From Macrostomum lignano (lineage: Eukaryota): a stretch of DNA of 64,000 bases. The position numbers and the translations under genes were made by a program. Each line of letters opens with the position of its first letter. The stretch's first letter is position 1. Below the pieces are notes generated by a model. The model was not told where the DNA came from and did no database searches. It worked only from the letters and a program-made list of their open reading frames with translations. Shown here one piece after another: positions 1 through 11,217 of the stretch. Where the stretch lies: contig NIVC01000222.1 in assembly GCA_002269645.1 (NCBI GenBank), forward strand, positions 348,793 to 412,792, read 5' to 3'.

Positions 1-720
1 TCTACCTCTCCCCTCCTGTCTCTACCTCTCCCCTCCTGTCTCTACCTCTCCCCTCCTGTCTCTACCTCTCCCCTCCTGTCTCTACCTCTCCCCTCCTGCC
101 TCTACCTCTCCCCTCCTGTCTCTACCTCTCCCCTCCTGTCTCTACCTCTCCCCTCCTGTCTCTACCTCTCCCCTCCTGTCTCTACCTCTCCCCTCCTGTC
201 TCTACCTCTCCCCTCCTGTCTCTACCTCTCCCCTCCTGTCTCTACCTCTCCCCTCCTGCCTCTACCTCTCCCCTCCTGTCTCTACCTCTCCCCTCCTGTC
301 TCTACCTCTCCCCTCCTGTCTCTACCTCTCCCCTCCTGTCTCTACCTCTCCCCTCCTGTCTCTACCTCTCCCCTCCTGTCTCTACCTCTCCCCTCCTGCC
401 TCTACCTCTCCCCTCCTGTCTCTACCTCTCCCCTCCTGTCTCTACCTCTCCCCTCCTGTCTCTACCTCTCCCCTCCTGTCTCTACCTCTCCCCTCCTGTC
501 TCTACCTCTCCCCTCCTGTCTCTACCTCTCCCCTCCTGTCTCTACCTCTCCCCTCCTGTCTCTACCTCTCCCCTCCTGTCTCTACCTCTCCCCTCCTGTC
601 TCTACCTCTCCCCTCCTGTCTCTACCTCTTCCCTCCTGTCTCTACCTCTCCCCTCCTGTCTCTACCTCTCCCCTCCTGTCTCTAACTCTCCCCTCCTTTC
701 TCTACCTCTCCTTTCATCTC
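1..720. repeat. 20-bp minisatellite (TCTACCTCTCCCCTCCTGTC)n, runs off the window start
   Basis: About 35 near-identical units, degrading into CT-rich sequence to about 875. Confidence 0.97.
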
Positions 721-1444
721 TCCACCTCTCACCTCCTCTCTCTACCTCTCTGCTTCTCTCTCTCTTTCTCTCCCGCTCTCTTTCTCTCCTTCTTTCTCTA
801 TCTCTCCCTTAATCGTCTTACCTCTCTCCTTCTTTCCACTATCTACCTCTCTCCTTTCCACTATCTACCTCTCCAGTTCTCATAGACTTTTTAAGCTAGA
901 GTTAGGAATTAATGGATCGTCAAACACCAAAGAACACCTGATTGTAGGCTAAAGCTAGGTTATAGTCATAGCTAGTGACAGGCACTACTAATAGTAAGCA
1001 CAAACGAAAACTGCCGAACTGAAGCGCGAATTTTTTTTCGAACGCCTTTAAAGTTCTTCATAGAAAAATAATTTCAAAAACTGAGTTTAGAAATAAGCTA
1101 AAAGAAAAATGCATAGTTAGAGACTTTAAATTAATGATGTAGTCAACGCCTCGTATAATGCTTTATGAAAAAAGCCTGATTTGACAGTTACGAGTATTTC
1201 AGAATTATTTTACATGAATATGCTGTTTATTAATCTGTTTTTTTTAATTAAAATGCTATAGCCTGTTAATTTTGCTACTTTTATTTTTGATAGTAGTATA
1301 TGACGGCTTAAATCACTATTTTAGAAGCTCACAGTACAACTTGCGAGTAAAAATACCATACAGCGTTTGTACTCTTCAACTTTCCGCCATTTCTAGAAAT
1401 AGTACTAAGATTAGAAATAGTAGGTACATTTCAATTATTTTTAG

Positions 1445-2140
1445 AGTTTGGGATTTGGGCAACATTTGGATTCTGAAAGTTTGGGATTCGGGAAGTTTAG
1501 GATTTGGGAAGTTTGGGATTTGGGAAGTTTGGGATTTGGGAAGTTTGGGATTTGGGAAGTTTGGGATTTGGGAATTTTGGGATTCGGGAAGTTTGGGATT
1601 TGGGAAGTTTGGGATTTGGGAAGTTTGGGATTTGGGAAGTTTGGGATTCGAAAAGTTTGGGATTTGGGAAGTTTGGGATTTGGGAATTTTATGGATTTGG
1701 GACTTTGTGGATTTGGGAAGTTTGGGATTTGGGAAGTTTGGGATTCGGGAAGTTTATGGATTTGGGACTTTGTGGATTTGGGAAGTTTGGGATTCGGGAA
1801 GTTTATGGATTTGGGACTTTGTGGATTTGGGAAGTTTGGGATTCGGGAAGTTTATGGATTTGGGACTTTGTGGATTTGGGAAGTTTGGGATTTGGGAAGT
1901 TTGGGATTCGGGAAGTTTATGGATTTGGGACTTTGTGGATTTGGGAAGTTTGGGATTCGGGAAGTTTATGGATTTGGGACTTTGTGGATTTGGGAAGTTT
2001 GGGATTTGGGAAGTTTGGGATTCGGGAAGTTTATGGATTTGGGACTTTGTGGATTTGGGAAGTTTGGGATTTGGGAAGTTTGGGATTCGGGAAGTTTGGG
2101 ATTTGGGAAGTTTGGCATTTGGGAAGTTTGGCATTTGGGA
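1445..2140. repeat. G/T-rich minisatellite, about 17-bp unit (TTTGGGAAGTTTGGGAT) with longer higher-order variants
   Basis: Direct reading; all overlapping ORFs are periodic. Confidence 0.95.
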
Positions 2141-2263
2141 ATCTATTGGAACGGAAAAGCCATAAAACTGACTGCATCTCTCAACTCAAAGCAGAAACTC
2201 AATCGGTAATACAAACAAAAACTAGCTAATGATTTACCATACTATTGAATCCTCCACCCACAG

Positions 2264-3965
2264 CAACAGCGCGAAAGCAAACAGATGGCAGTGCTCAGCG
2301 CAGGCCCTGGCAGGCAAAAGCGCCTCCTCCCTTCCCCACAGCGCCCACGCGCCTTGGCTCATTTATCGGCTTCATCAATGCTCCTCCAGCAGCTCTCAAA
2401 AGAGTCTACGGTAGGGGGTAGGGGCTGCACACCCAATTGAAGCCAACCGCTCAGGCAGGTTGGAGAGCTGGAGTGGCCCGCCTACCGCTAAGGCTGGTGA
2501 GACTATACTCCATGCAGTCAGCTATAGTAGGAGGAGAAGGCAGATTAGGAAAAAAAGCCGACTATTTTTCTATTCCTTTTTTGAGACAATGAGCTGACTA
2601 AAATAGACGAAAATATTACAATAAAATAGAGGAATTAACGGAAATAGCCGGCTACTTAAGGATAAAAACTGCATGGGAGAAGCTATTTGACTGGCGTTCG
2701 AGAGAATATGCGGCTAAGAATAGAGAGAAGACAGGAAAGAGAAGAGAGGAGAGAAGAGATAGGAGACAGGAGAGAGGGGAGAGAAGATAGGAGAGAAAAA
2801 TGAAAGGAAGGAGGAGAGGAGAGAGGAGAGGAGAGAGGAAAGAGGAGAGTGGAAGAGAGAGTAGAGAGAATTGAGAAGATAAGATAGAAAAGGAGATGAG
2901 AAAAGAGGAGAGGAGAAGAGGAAAGAAGGGAGGAGAGGAGAAGAGGAGAGAAGATAGGAGAGGAGAGAGGAGAGGAGAGGAAATATGAGAGAGGAGAGAG
3001 GAGAGAGGAGACAGGAGACAGGAGAGAGGAGAGAGGAGAGAGGAGAGGAGAGAGAAGATAAGAGAGGAGAGGAGAAGAGGAGAGAAGAAAGGAGAGGCAG
3101 AGGAAAGAGGAGAGAGGAGAGAGGGGAGAGGGGAGAGGAGAGAGGAGAGAGGGGAGAGGAGAGAGGAGAGAGGGGAGAGGAGAGAGGAGAGAGGAGAGAG
3201 GAGAGAGGGGAGAGGAGAGAGGAGAGAGGGGAGAGGAGAGAGAAGAGAGGGGAGAGGAGAGAGGAGAGAGGGGAGAGGGGAGAGGAAATAGGAGAGGAGA
3301 GAGGAGAGAGAGGAGAGGAGAGGAGAGAGGAGAGAGAGGAGAGGAGAGGAGAGAGGAGAGAGAGGAGAGGAGAGGAGAGGAGAGAGCAGAGAGGAGAGAG
3401 GAGAGAGAGGAGAGGAGAGGAAATAGGAGAGGAGAGAGGAGAGAGAGGAGAGGAGAGAGGAGAGAGGAGAGAGGAGAGAGGAAAGAGGAGAGAGGAGAGA
3501 GGAGAGAGGACAGAGAGAATGAGAGGAGATAGGAGTGGAGGGGGTGAAGCAATCCAGGCAGGAACAGAGCTATCTGCATAACCTATTAGACAAAGGCAAG
3601 GTGTGACAGGCACACGGCAAGGCTACAAGCAGGTGTGAGAAGAAGGGCCATAGCAAGAAGAAAATTGCGCATAGCCAGACTGGAGAGCGAGAGGAAACAG
3701 CCGCCGGCACACGGCTTGCACACAAACCGTACCTGTCAGTCATCCAATCTAAATAATTCTATTTGTCAAAATTTCCAGCTCATTATTTTCCAATTTCAAT
3801 GAAGCGCACAAACAGCTAGAAATGAACTTGAAGAAGTTCAGGATTTTCAACTCATCGGCAGCAATTCTCAGGCGCCATGCACGCCAGCACCTCGTGTTCA
3901 ATTCTCACCGGGTGGTCTCTCTCCCCCCTCCAAAGAGTGCTCATGCAAGAGCCAAACAGAATTAA
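2264..3965 (+). CDS. Possible 3' exons of an unidentified gene (candidates 2264-2410, about 3590-3740, 3779-3965)
   Basis: AG/GT-bounded open segments (QQRESKQMAVLS...SKEST; TKARCDRHTARL...; SLFSNFNEAHKQLEMNLKKF...AKQN*). The middle exon's donor phase is not clean and no family was recognised. Confidence 0.3.
2700..3535. repeat. GA-rich low-complexity (GGAGA-type) tract
   Basis: Almost pure purine on the + strand. Confidence 0.95.
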
Positions 3966-4114
3966 GTGCTAAAACTAGCTGTCCAACCACTTACAGTGTC
4001 TATAAATTTTGTGCAGAATTGCCAGACAGCCAGACAGGGCTATAGATAGCTAACGGTTCTTGTTTACGAAGAGTCTTCTTGTGCAAAAGAAGAAAACAAC
4101 AGAAAACAACAGCA

Positions 4115-5641
4115 ATGGCAACAGCTGCTGTGGATCTTGAACTGTCACGGCTGTCCAAGTCGCAGTTTAGTAGGAAAGATTTTGTCACTCCGGCGACAGG
4201 GAAACGACGCCTGCAGACTGAGACTGCTGGGTGAGCTGATGGGAACAGATCGGCTGAATAGAGATTGAAATATCCGCCTATGCTAAAAATGAGTTGTTTC
4301 TTTTTGCGACTAAAATTAAGACGTGAATTAACATTGATTTGACTTTAAGAATGACGATTGTGTGACAATTGAGAGTGACAATTGAGTGACAATGAGAGTG
4401 ACAATTGAGAGTGACAAATGAGAGTGAAAATGTGATTGACAAATGAGAATGACAATTGAGAGAGACAAACGGGATTGACAATAAAGAGTGACAAATGAGA
4501 TTGACAATTGAGAGTGACAAATGAGAGTGAAAAATGTGATTGACAAATGAGAATGACAATTGAGAGAGACAAACGGGATTGACAATAAAGAGTGACAAAT
4601 GAGATTGACAATTGAGAGTGACAAATGAGAGTGAAAAATGTGATTGACAAATGAGAATGACAATTGAGAGAGACAAACGGGATTGACAATAAAGAGTGAC
4701 AAATGAGATTGACAATTGAGAGTGACAAATGAGAGTGAAAAATGTGATTGACAAATGAGAATGACAATTGAGAGAGACAAACGGGATTGACAATAAAGAG
4801 TGACAAATGAGATTGACAATTGAGAGTGACAAATGAGATTGACAATTGAGAGTGACAAATGAGATTGACAATTGAAAGTGACAAATGAGTGACAATTAAG
4901 AGTGACAATGAGAGTGCCGATTAAGAGTGACAAACCGAGTGACAACTGAGAGAGACAATGAGAATGATAAACGGGAGTGACAATAAAGAGTGACAAATGG
5001 GAATGACAAATGAGAGTGACAATGACAGTGACAATTGAGGGTGACAGTTAAGAGTGACAAATGAGTGACATTGAGATTGACATTCCGATAAAAATTCAGG
5101 CTAAAACTAAAACAGCAATTTGGAATAATTTTTTTCTTTAAAAAAACTTTCCAGACATCCAAGAGCAGTCAACTATCAGCATTCAATAAGTGCACCGAAA
5201 CAGCACCAGCAGCAGCAACAGCAACAGCAGCCGATTCGAACCTACAGTCTGCAACGCTGGCTTCTGGGCCACCAGCATCCTGCACCCATCGGAAGCTCCA
5301 TCCAGACAGCGCGAAAAACGACAACCTCAAAGACAACAGCAGCAAGCAGTTCGACAATCACCAGGACCCGATCCCTGGCCACCATCCCGACAGTCGTTCA
5401 GCCTGCAAGATTGCATCAGCGTAATCTAGCTACTGGATCTAACAAGGAGCCGCTGCCCTGCTTGGAACAGTTCCTGGCCCGCAGCCTCACTCAGGTGATG
5501 CAGAACCGTCCATCGTCTGGTTGGTCTGCGGAGCGGCACGCCTACGCTGTGGAGAAGGTCACCTGCTGGCTGCCGGAGGTGGGCAAAGCTCGATGCCTGG
5601 ACGATTTGTTGGCCAGTCAGCAGCTGGGGAGCGACTGCTGA
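4115..5641 (+). CDS. Unknown protein of about 200 aa, 2 exons (4115-4230, 5155-5641)
   Basis: ATG 4115, GTGAG donor at 4231 (phase 2), ttccAG acceptor at 5154. The join is in frame and open to TGA 5641 (MATAAVDLELSRLSK...HQQQQQQQQPIRTY...EKVTCWLPEVGKARCLDDLLASQQLGSDC). No family recognised. Confidence 0.55.
4355..5085. repeat. Intronic minisatellite (GAGAGTGACAAATGAGATTGACAATT-type) with higher-order blocks
   Basis: Direct reading; lies inside intron 4231-5154. Confidence 0.93.
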
Positions 5642-5729
5642 GACCGATGGACTCCTGCAGTGACGTGCTGAGCTCATTTTTAGTAATTGATCAATTAGAG
5701 ACGTTGTGTGCTATAGTTGCTTCAAGTAA

Positions 5730-6400
5730 CCCCTCTGATTCTTCAGTGGTCACCGCTACCCCTCCCTGATCCTTCAGTGGTCACCGCTACCCCTCCCTGA
5801 TCCTTCAGTGGTCACCGCTACCCCTCCCTGATCCTTCAGTGGGTGCAGCTATTCCCTCCCTGATTTCTTCAGTGGTCACCGCTACCCCTCCCTGATCCTT
5901 CAGTGGGTGCAGCTATTCCCTCCCTGATTTCTTCAGTGGTCACCGCTATCCCCTCCCTGATCCTTCAATGGGTCACCGCTATCCCCTCCCTGATTCTTCA
6001 GTGGTCACCGCTACCCCTCCCTGATTCTTCAGTGGTGACCGCTATCCCCTCCCTGATTCTTCAGTGGGTCACCGCTATTCCCTCCCTGATTCTTCAATGG
6101 GTCACCGCTATCCCCTCCCTGATTCTTCAGTGGTGACCGCTATCCCCTCCCTGATTCTTCAATGGTCACCGCTATCCCCTCCCTGATTCTTCAGTGGTCA
6201 CCGCTATCCCCTCCCTGATTCTTCAATGGGTCACCGCTATCCCCTCCCTGTTTCTTCAGTGGTGACCGCTATCCCCTCCCTGATTCTTCAATGGTCACCG
6301 CTATCCCCTCCCTGATTCTTCAGTGGTCACCGCTATCCCCTCCCTGATTCTTCAGTGGTCACCGCTACCCCTCCCTGATTCTTCAGTGGGTCACCGATAC
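5730..6400. repeat. About 30-bp minisatellite (CTTCAGTGGTCACCGCTACCCCTCCCTGAT)n
   Basis: About 22 units, no spacers. Confidence 0.95.
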
Positions 6401-6827
6401 CCACTCAGCGGTTGCCCCCCCCCGTTTACAAGAGTGAGTTTTCAATTTAAACTTTTTGTTTAACGATGAGTTTCTCAGAAATTTCTCAGAGAAATGAATT
6501 TATTTTTTCTTCAGATTTCCTATAAAAACGTTTTTGTCACGCTTTTACAAGTAATAACGCAATTTTGTTTTACTGTACTGAAAGTAAGCTTGTAGACAAA
6601 TTAATTTTCTAATTCACTTAATTCACCTGTACACATACTATTGAGTAATAAACTATGATTTGCAAATTTTATCAAATTTATTGATAAAAATAGTTCAAGT
6701 TTTGATATACGAGTAATAGTATGTGCTAACTCATCTACTACATTTTAACAAGCTAACGGAAACGATATGCATAACTGAATGTTTTTTGTAGAAAACGCGA
6801 GAAAATTCAACCTGTGGAGTGAAATTC

Positions 6828-7362
<535 letters not shown>

Positions 7363-7634
7363 TTTAGTATAGGAGGATACATAAATTTCTTTATTGAAGT
7401 TTTTATCCGATGAAAAATGAAACATATTGTAGAAATAATTAAATATTACCAGTTTTTTAGAGGCTTAATTTTTGTTTTAAGATCAGCAGTCATAGTAAAA
7501 CTCAGATTCTGCCAATTTTCAGCACGTTAGAGCAGAATTGTTTATGTATAAAGCGCCACGATGCGTTGTTCATGCAATACTCGTAAAGCTACGAGCTATC
7601 TGAGACTTAGCTTAGAAAACTACGCAGTAAATAG

Positions 7635-9140
7635 TCACAGAATAGTGTACAAGTGCAGACTTCTATCATTCCGATCTGCCACACAAAGCAGCAGCCCTTC
7701 TTCTGTGTCACTGGGCAGCACAGACATACTGTGCGGACCTGCCAGGCCAGGGCCGGATTCTCCCTCACCGTCGAGGGTCTGCAGAATCGCCCCGTCACTG
7801 GCCAGAACTCTGACAGCGGCCTCCTTGTAATCGCAGACGAGAGTGAGGCCACAGTTCTGCGCAACAGCCACGTCTGAAGGGTAGTTGAAGGCTCGCACAC
7901 CGGACCTGGCGGTCGGATAAGACGACCTGAGGTATCCACTGATAGTGCTAATCTTGTGCACCTGGCCTTTGCCAAAATCTGTTAGCAATATTGTGGTATC
8001 TTGTACGGCTAGGCTTTCCAGGACCCTGCAACGTGTTTCATAGAATGACTCAAGGCCGATGACAGTCTGCAGCTCGCCAAGCCTGCTGTCCAATCCGTAG
8101 ATTCTTCTGTTTTGCTGATCCAGGAAGTAAACTTTGTCTCCGGTTCCGCATGGGCCACACAAGTAGCCTAAAGGATGCCCCAAACTGTCTTGGTCGATCA
8201 CTCGTACAACACAACCGCTCAGGTCTGTCACAGAGATCATACGCTGCTGCGCAACGTACAGCAGTTGCTGGTTGCAGTGGCAGTAAAGTCCGCTAACAAA
8301 CATTGACCAATCGATTTTGCTGAAACACTTCAACCTAGTTTTACCATCAGGTGAGAACACAAACAAGTGATCTGCTTTTGGAAATTCAGCCGACACAAAT
8401 ATGCACAGTCTAGGCAGCGGCGCGGTGCTTGAGCTGCGGGAATCAGCCTTCACCACGCGACCAGATGAGTCGGAGGCGAAGCCAGCGGTGTTGGTGCATG
8501 ACGTCACCCATACCGGATTGCCTTCGAGGTTGTCAATTTTGCGTACAAAAGTGCAAAGAGATTTTGGTTTGACGCAAGAGGACTCGCACAGCTTCATCAC
8601 GTCCCCGAACTGCCTGTCGATGCTCAGCTGCAAGTCTCTCAGAGCTCCGCAAACGTCGCCCAGCTCTAATCGTCCTTCAGCCACCGCGTCCTCGAGATCA
8701 CTGCACTGCAGCTCCATGCGAGAGGACAGCTCAAATACGCCTCGAAGGTCGCTGGCGCTCTCCGCCGCTGCTATCGAGCTGTCGAACTCCTGCAGCACTG
8801 CAAAGTCGCTCAGCTTCTGCCTTGCTGCGTCAGTTCTGGCAGTGAGTCGACTCGTCACAGCTTCCTTGTGCTTCATCAGCGACTCAATAGCGGCATTGAG
8901 CAGATCCTCAGCCACCTGCAGCTCCGCCTCCAACACCTGCACGTCCGTTCGCAGACAGTCGCGGACGAGCCTCAGAGGCTCCAGCCTGGCCTGAACTCTG
9001 GCGTGAAGTTCACGCACTCTGTCGGAGTCTCGATCCAGGTGTCTCTGGCACAGAGGCTGCGATGTCTGAGCTCTGGTGCCAGCAGCCGCTGCTTTGCAGG
9101 TGCCCATGGAGCAGATGCGGGATTGGACGGCCTCGGTCAT
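7635..9140 (-). CDS. TRIM-NHL-like protein: degenerate B-box-like Cys/His motif, coiled coil, NHL-type beta-propeller; intronless, 501 aa
   Basis: Non-repetitive ORF: CSMGTC...LCQRH, heptad-rich helix (aa about 35-190), then NHL-like blades (FNYPSDVAVAQNCGLTLVCD; LAGPHSMSV...LCVADRNDRSLHLY). No RING domain. Confidence 0.8.
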   Translation of the reverse strand: MTEAVQSRICSMGTCKAAAAGTRAQTSQPLCQRHLDRDSDRVRELHARVQARLEPLRLVRDCLRTDVQVLEAELQVAEDLLNAAIESLMKHKEAVTSRLTARTDAARQKLSDFAVLQEFDSSIAAAESASDLRGVFELSSRMELQCSDLEDAVAEGRLELGDVCGALRDLQLSIDRQFGDVMKLCESSCVKPKSLCTFVRKIDNLEGNPVWVTSCTNTAGFASDSSGRVVKADSRSSSTAPLPRLCIFVSAEFPKADHLFVFSPDGKTRLKCFSKIDWSMFVSGLYCHCNQQLLYVAQQRMISVTDLSGCVVRVIDQDSLGHPLGYLCGPCGTGDKVYFLDQQNRRIYGLDSRLGELQTVIGLESFYETRCRVLESLAVQDTTILLTDFGKGQVHKISTISGYLRSSYPTARSGVRAFNYPSDVAVAQNCGLTLVCDYKEAAVRVLASDGAILQTLDGEGESGPGLAGPHSMSVLPSDTEEGLLLCVADRNDRSLHLYTIL

Positions 9141-9354
9141 GACTGGCAGAGGCTTGAAAAGATGAGAAAGATGCCGTGATTGATCAATGGGCTCACTAAA
9201 AGCTCAATAATATACAGCTATAGGGAAAAGACCAAGTTGTAGACGATAAAAACAAGAACATAAACATTTATAGAGTACAGAAGCACTTTTTATTTAAGAT
9301 GCAATGTAAAATGCAAGTGTCTTATTAGAATAATGCATTTATCCAGCCAAAACA

Positions 9355-10276
9355 TTAAAATAGGATAATATCAATGAAGCTATGTGTTGGATCCAGAGCA
9401 AGAGTTTCTACATGACTTTGCAAGCTGACCCAGTGGTCAATCGAAAGATGCTGACAGAAAGAGGCTAAGCCTCGCGGATTGTTTAGCTTGTTTTCTGCTG
9501 AGCCAGCCTCACCCTCGACTCCGACAGTCTGCAGCACAGTGCCGTCACTTCGCATCACACGAACCACATGCCTTGAGCTCTCGCTGACGAACAGCAGACA
9601 TGAGCGATGAGCCGCCACTCCTGCAGGCTCTTGAAGCTTGTCAAGCCGACTTCTCTGGGTCGGGTGGGTCGAGATCAGCTGACCACTGGCGATGCACACT
9701 TTGTAGAGCTTGCTGGCTGGCCAGTCAGTGATCAGCACTGCATTGTCAACTACCGACATGTACTTCAGATAAGTGCCGATGCACAGCAGCTTTTGATCTC
9801 TGAGACTTGCTCAGTATAATTATTTTTCCTGAGCCGCAAGTCATTCCGCAGTAGTCCACAGACGGTCCGAGACTGCAGGATTTGATCTCCCGCGTCACAA
9901 TGCCGCCAAGATCTGTCACCGTGAGCGACTGGAAGCTCAAAATGTACAGAGCCTGGCGTTTGCTGTCACAACTGATTCCTGAGATGGATTTGGAAAAGTC
10001 TAAATTGCCTTGTACTTTTAGCTTCACCCAGCCGTCGGTGGAACAGGCCAGAAGGTAATCTAGTTTAGAATTCGGAGAAAACACGATGAACAGACACGGC
10101 TCAGGAAGCTGCTACGCCTCATCAACTGCGGACTCAATCTTCACCACTTTGCCAGACGCGTCGGCGTAAAATCCCTTGGTGTTGCTGCACGATGCAATGA
10201 AAAATGGCTGTCCTGGTAAGTTGTTAATTTCGTTAAGGAACTGGCACACCTGACCAGAAGAGCCATGGCGCTGCAT
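9355..10276 (-). pseudogene. Disrupted tandem paralog of the NHL propeller of the 7635-9140 gene
   Basis: ATG 10276 (CQFLNEINNLPGQPFFIASCSNTKGFYADASGKVVK aligns to CTFVRKIDNLEGNPVWVTSCTNTAGFASDSSGRVVK). In-frame TAG at 10114-10112, a frameshift/deletion near 9790-9815, and a diverged 3' end. Confidence 0.75.
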
Positions 10277-10524
10277 TCTAAATGGTCATCGACTGTGGAG
10301 TCACCAGCTCAACGGTTGAGCGTTAAATCTACGTGACGATTCCGCTGAAATTTTTGCGGTTTTTTCTTAGAACGTCATGTACTGTTTGTTATAAGCTACA
10401 GATTTGACTTTGCTGACCCAGGAAGGCGCACTTTTGAATGAGTTTCTTTGATTACTAAACCAGTTTCTTATGCACTTTTTAGCTACCAATTTTCACTAAG
10501 ATCTGCTTCATAACGGAAGCCGAG

Positions 10525-10660
10525 CAGGGGTCGGCAAACTCCGGTCACATGCGGCTCGCGAAGCCCCTCTATCCGGCCCTCGGGGTCCTTTGAAAGTTTG
10601 CAATAGCAATCCCGACCGAGCAAGGTCTATATCTCTTCTCAGCTCCCGTCTTTTTCTGGC
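10525..10660 (+). mobile_element. Probable truncated end of a hAT-type DNA transposon
   Basis: CAGGGGTCGGCAAACT...GCGGCTCGCGAAGCCCC...CCGGCCC resembles hAT (Charlie/Tip100-like) termini. No matching opposite TIR seen. Confidence 0.4.
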
Positions 10661-11217
10661 CCTCTGGCCCTGGCCCTTGGGTAAAAAAATTTTTCGACCC
10701 GCGCATAAGAGAGACGGAATAAAATAAGCGTTTTAAAAGAAATTTAAATCTTCGTGTCAATTGACCTGACAAAGATGCTCTTTGTTTAGATGTGTTATTA
10801 ACAAAATACCAAGTCAGTGAGTAATGTTTCGCAGGATATATATCTGAGAACTAGCTCATGAGAAGAGGACGGTAAAATAGAGCTACAGTGTCTAACATGA
10901 GTAAACTGGCATAAGCAGCAATCCTAAAATACTTTCATATCATAGAAGCTGAAAAGATCACAAAGTTTTAAATTTGAAATAATAACAAAAATTTCGATGG
11001 AGGTGTAATCAGGGAGACAGGAAGTTTCCACGGAAAGTGAGCTTGTGCATGAGTGTGTGATGCATGTGATGGCATGGGCAGGATGTACGATGTTTCTCGT
11101 TTAGAAACAGGGAAACTTCCTATCTTGATAATACATTTTTGCAGCAACCTTGGCTACATTTGTAACTGTCTAGGCGCCAACACAGTTTTCTCCTTCTGCA
11201 AAAGGCGCATGCGGAAA

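Noticed and set aside
1272-2229. ORFs with GFGKFGIWEVWD repeats; TTTGGG runs as a telomere
   Set aside because: Open in several frames because of a 17-bp satellite. The unit is not a telomeric hexamer array.
5730-6400. About 30-bp repeats as a CRISPR array (also 50100-50650)
   Set aside because: Head-to-tail units with no unique spacers, no cas genes, and a eukaryotic context.
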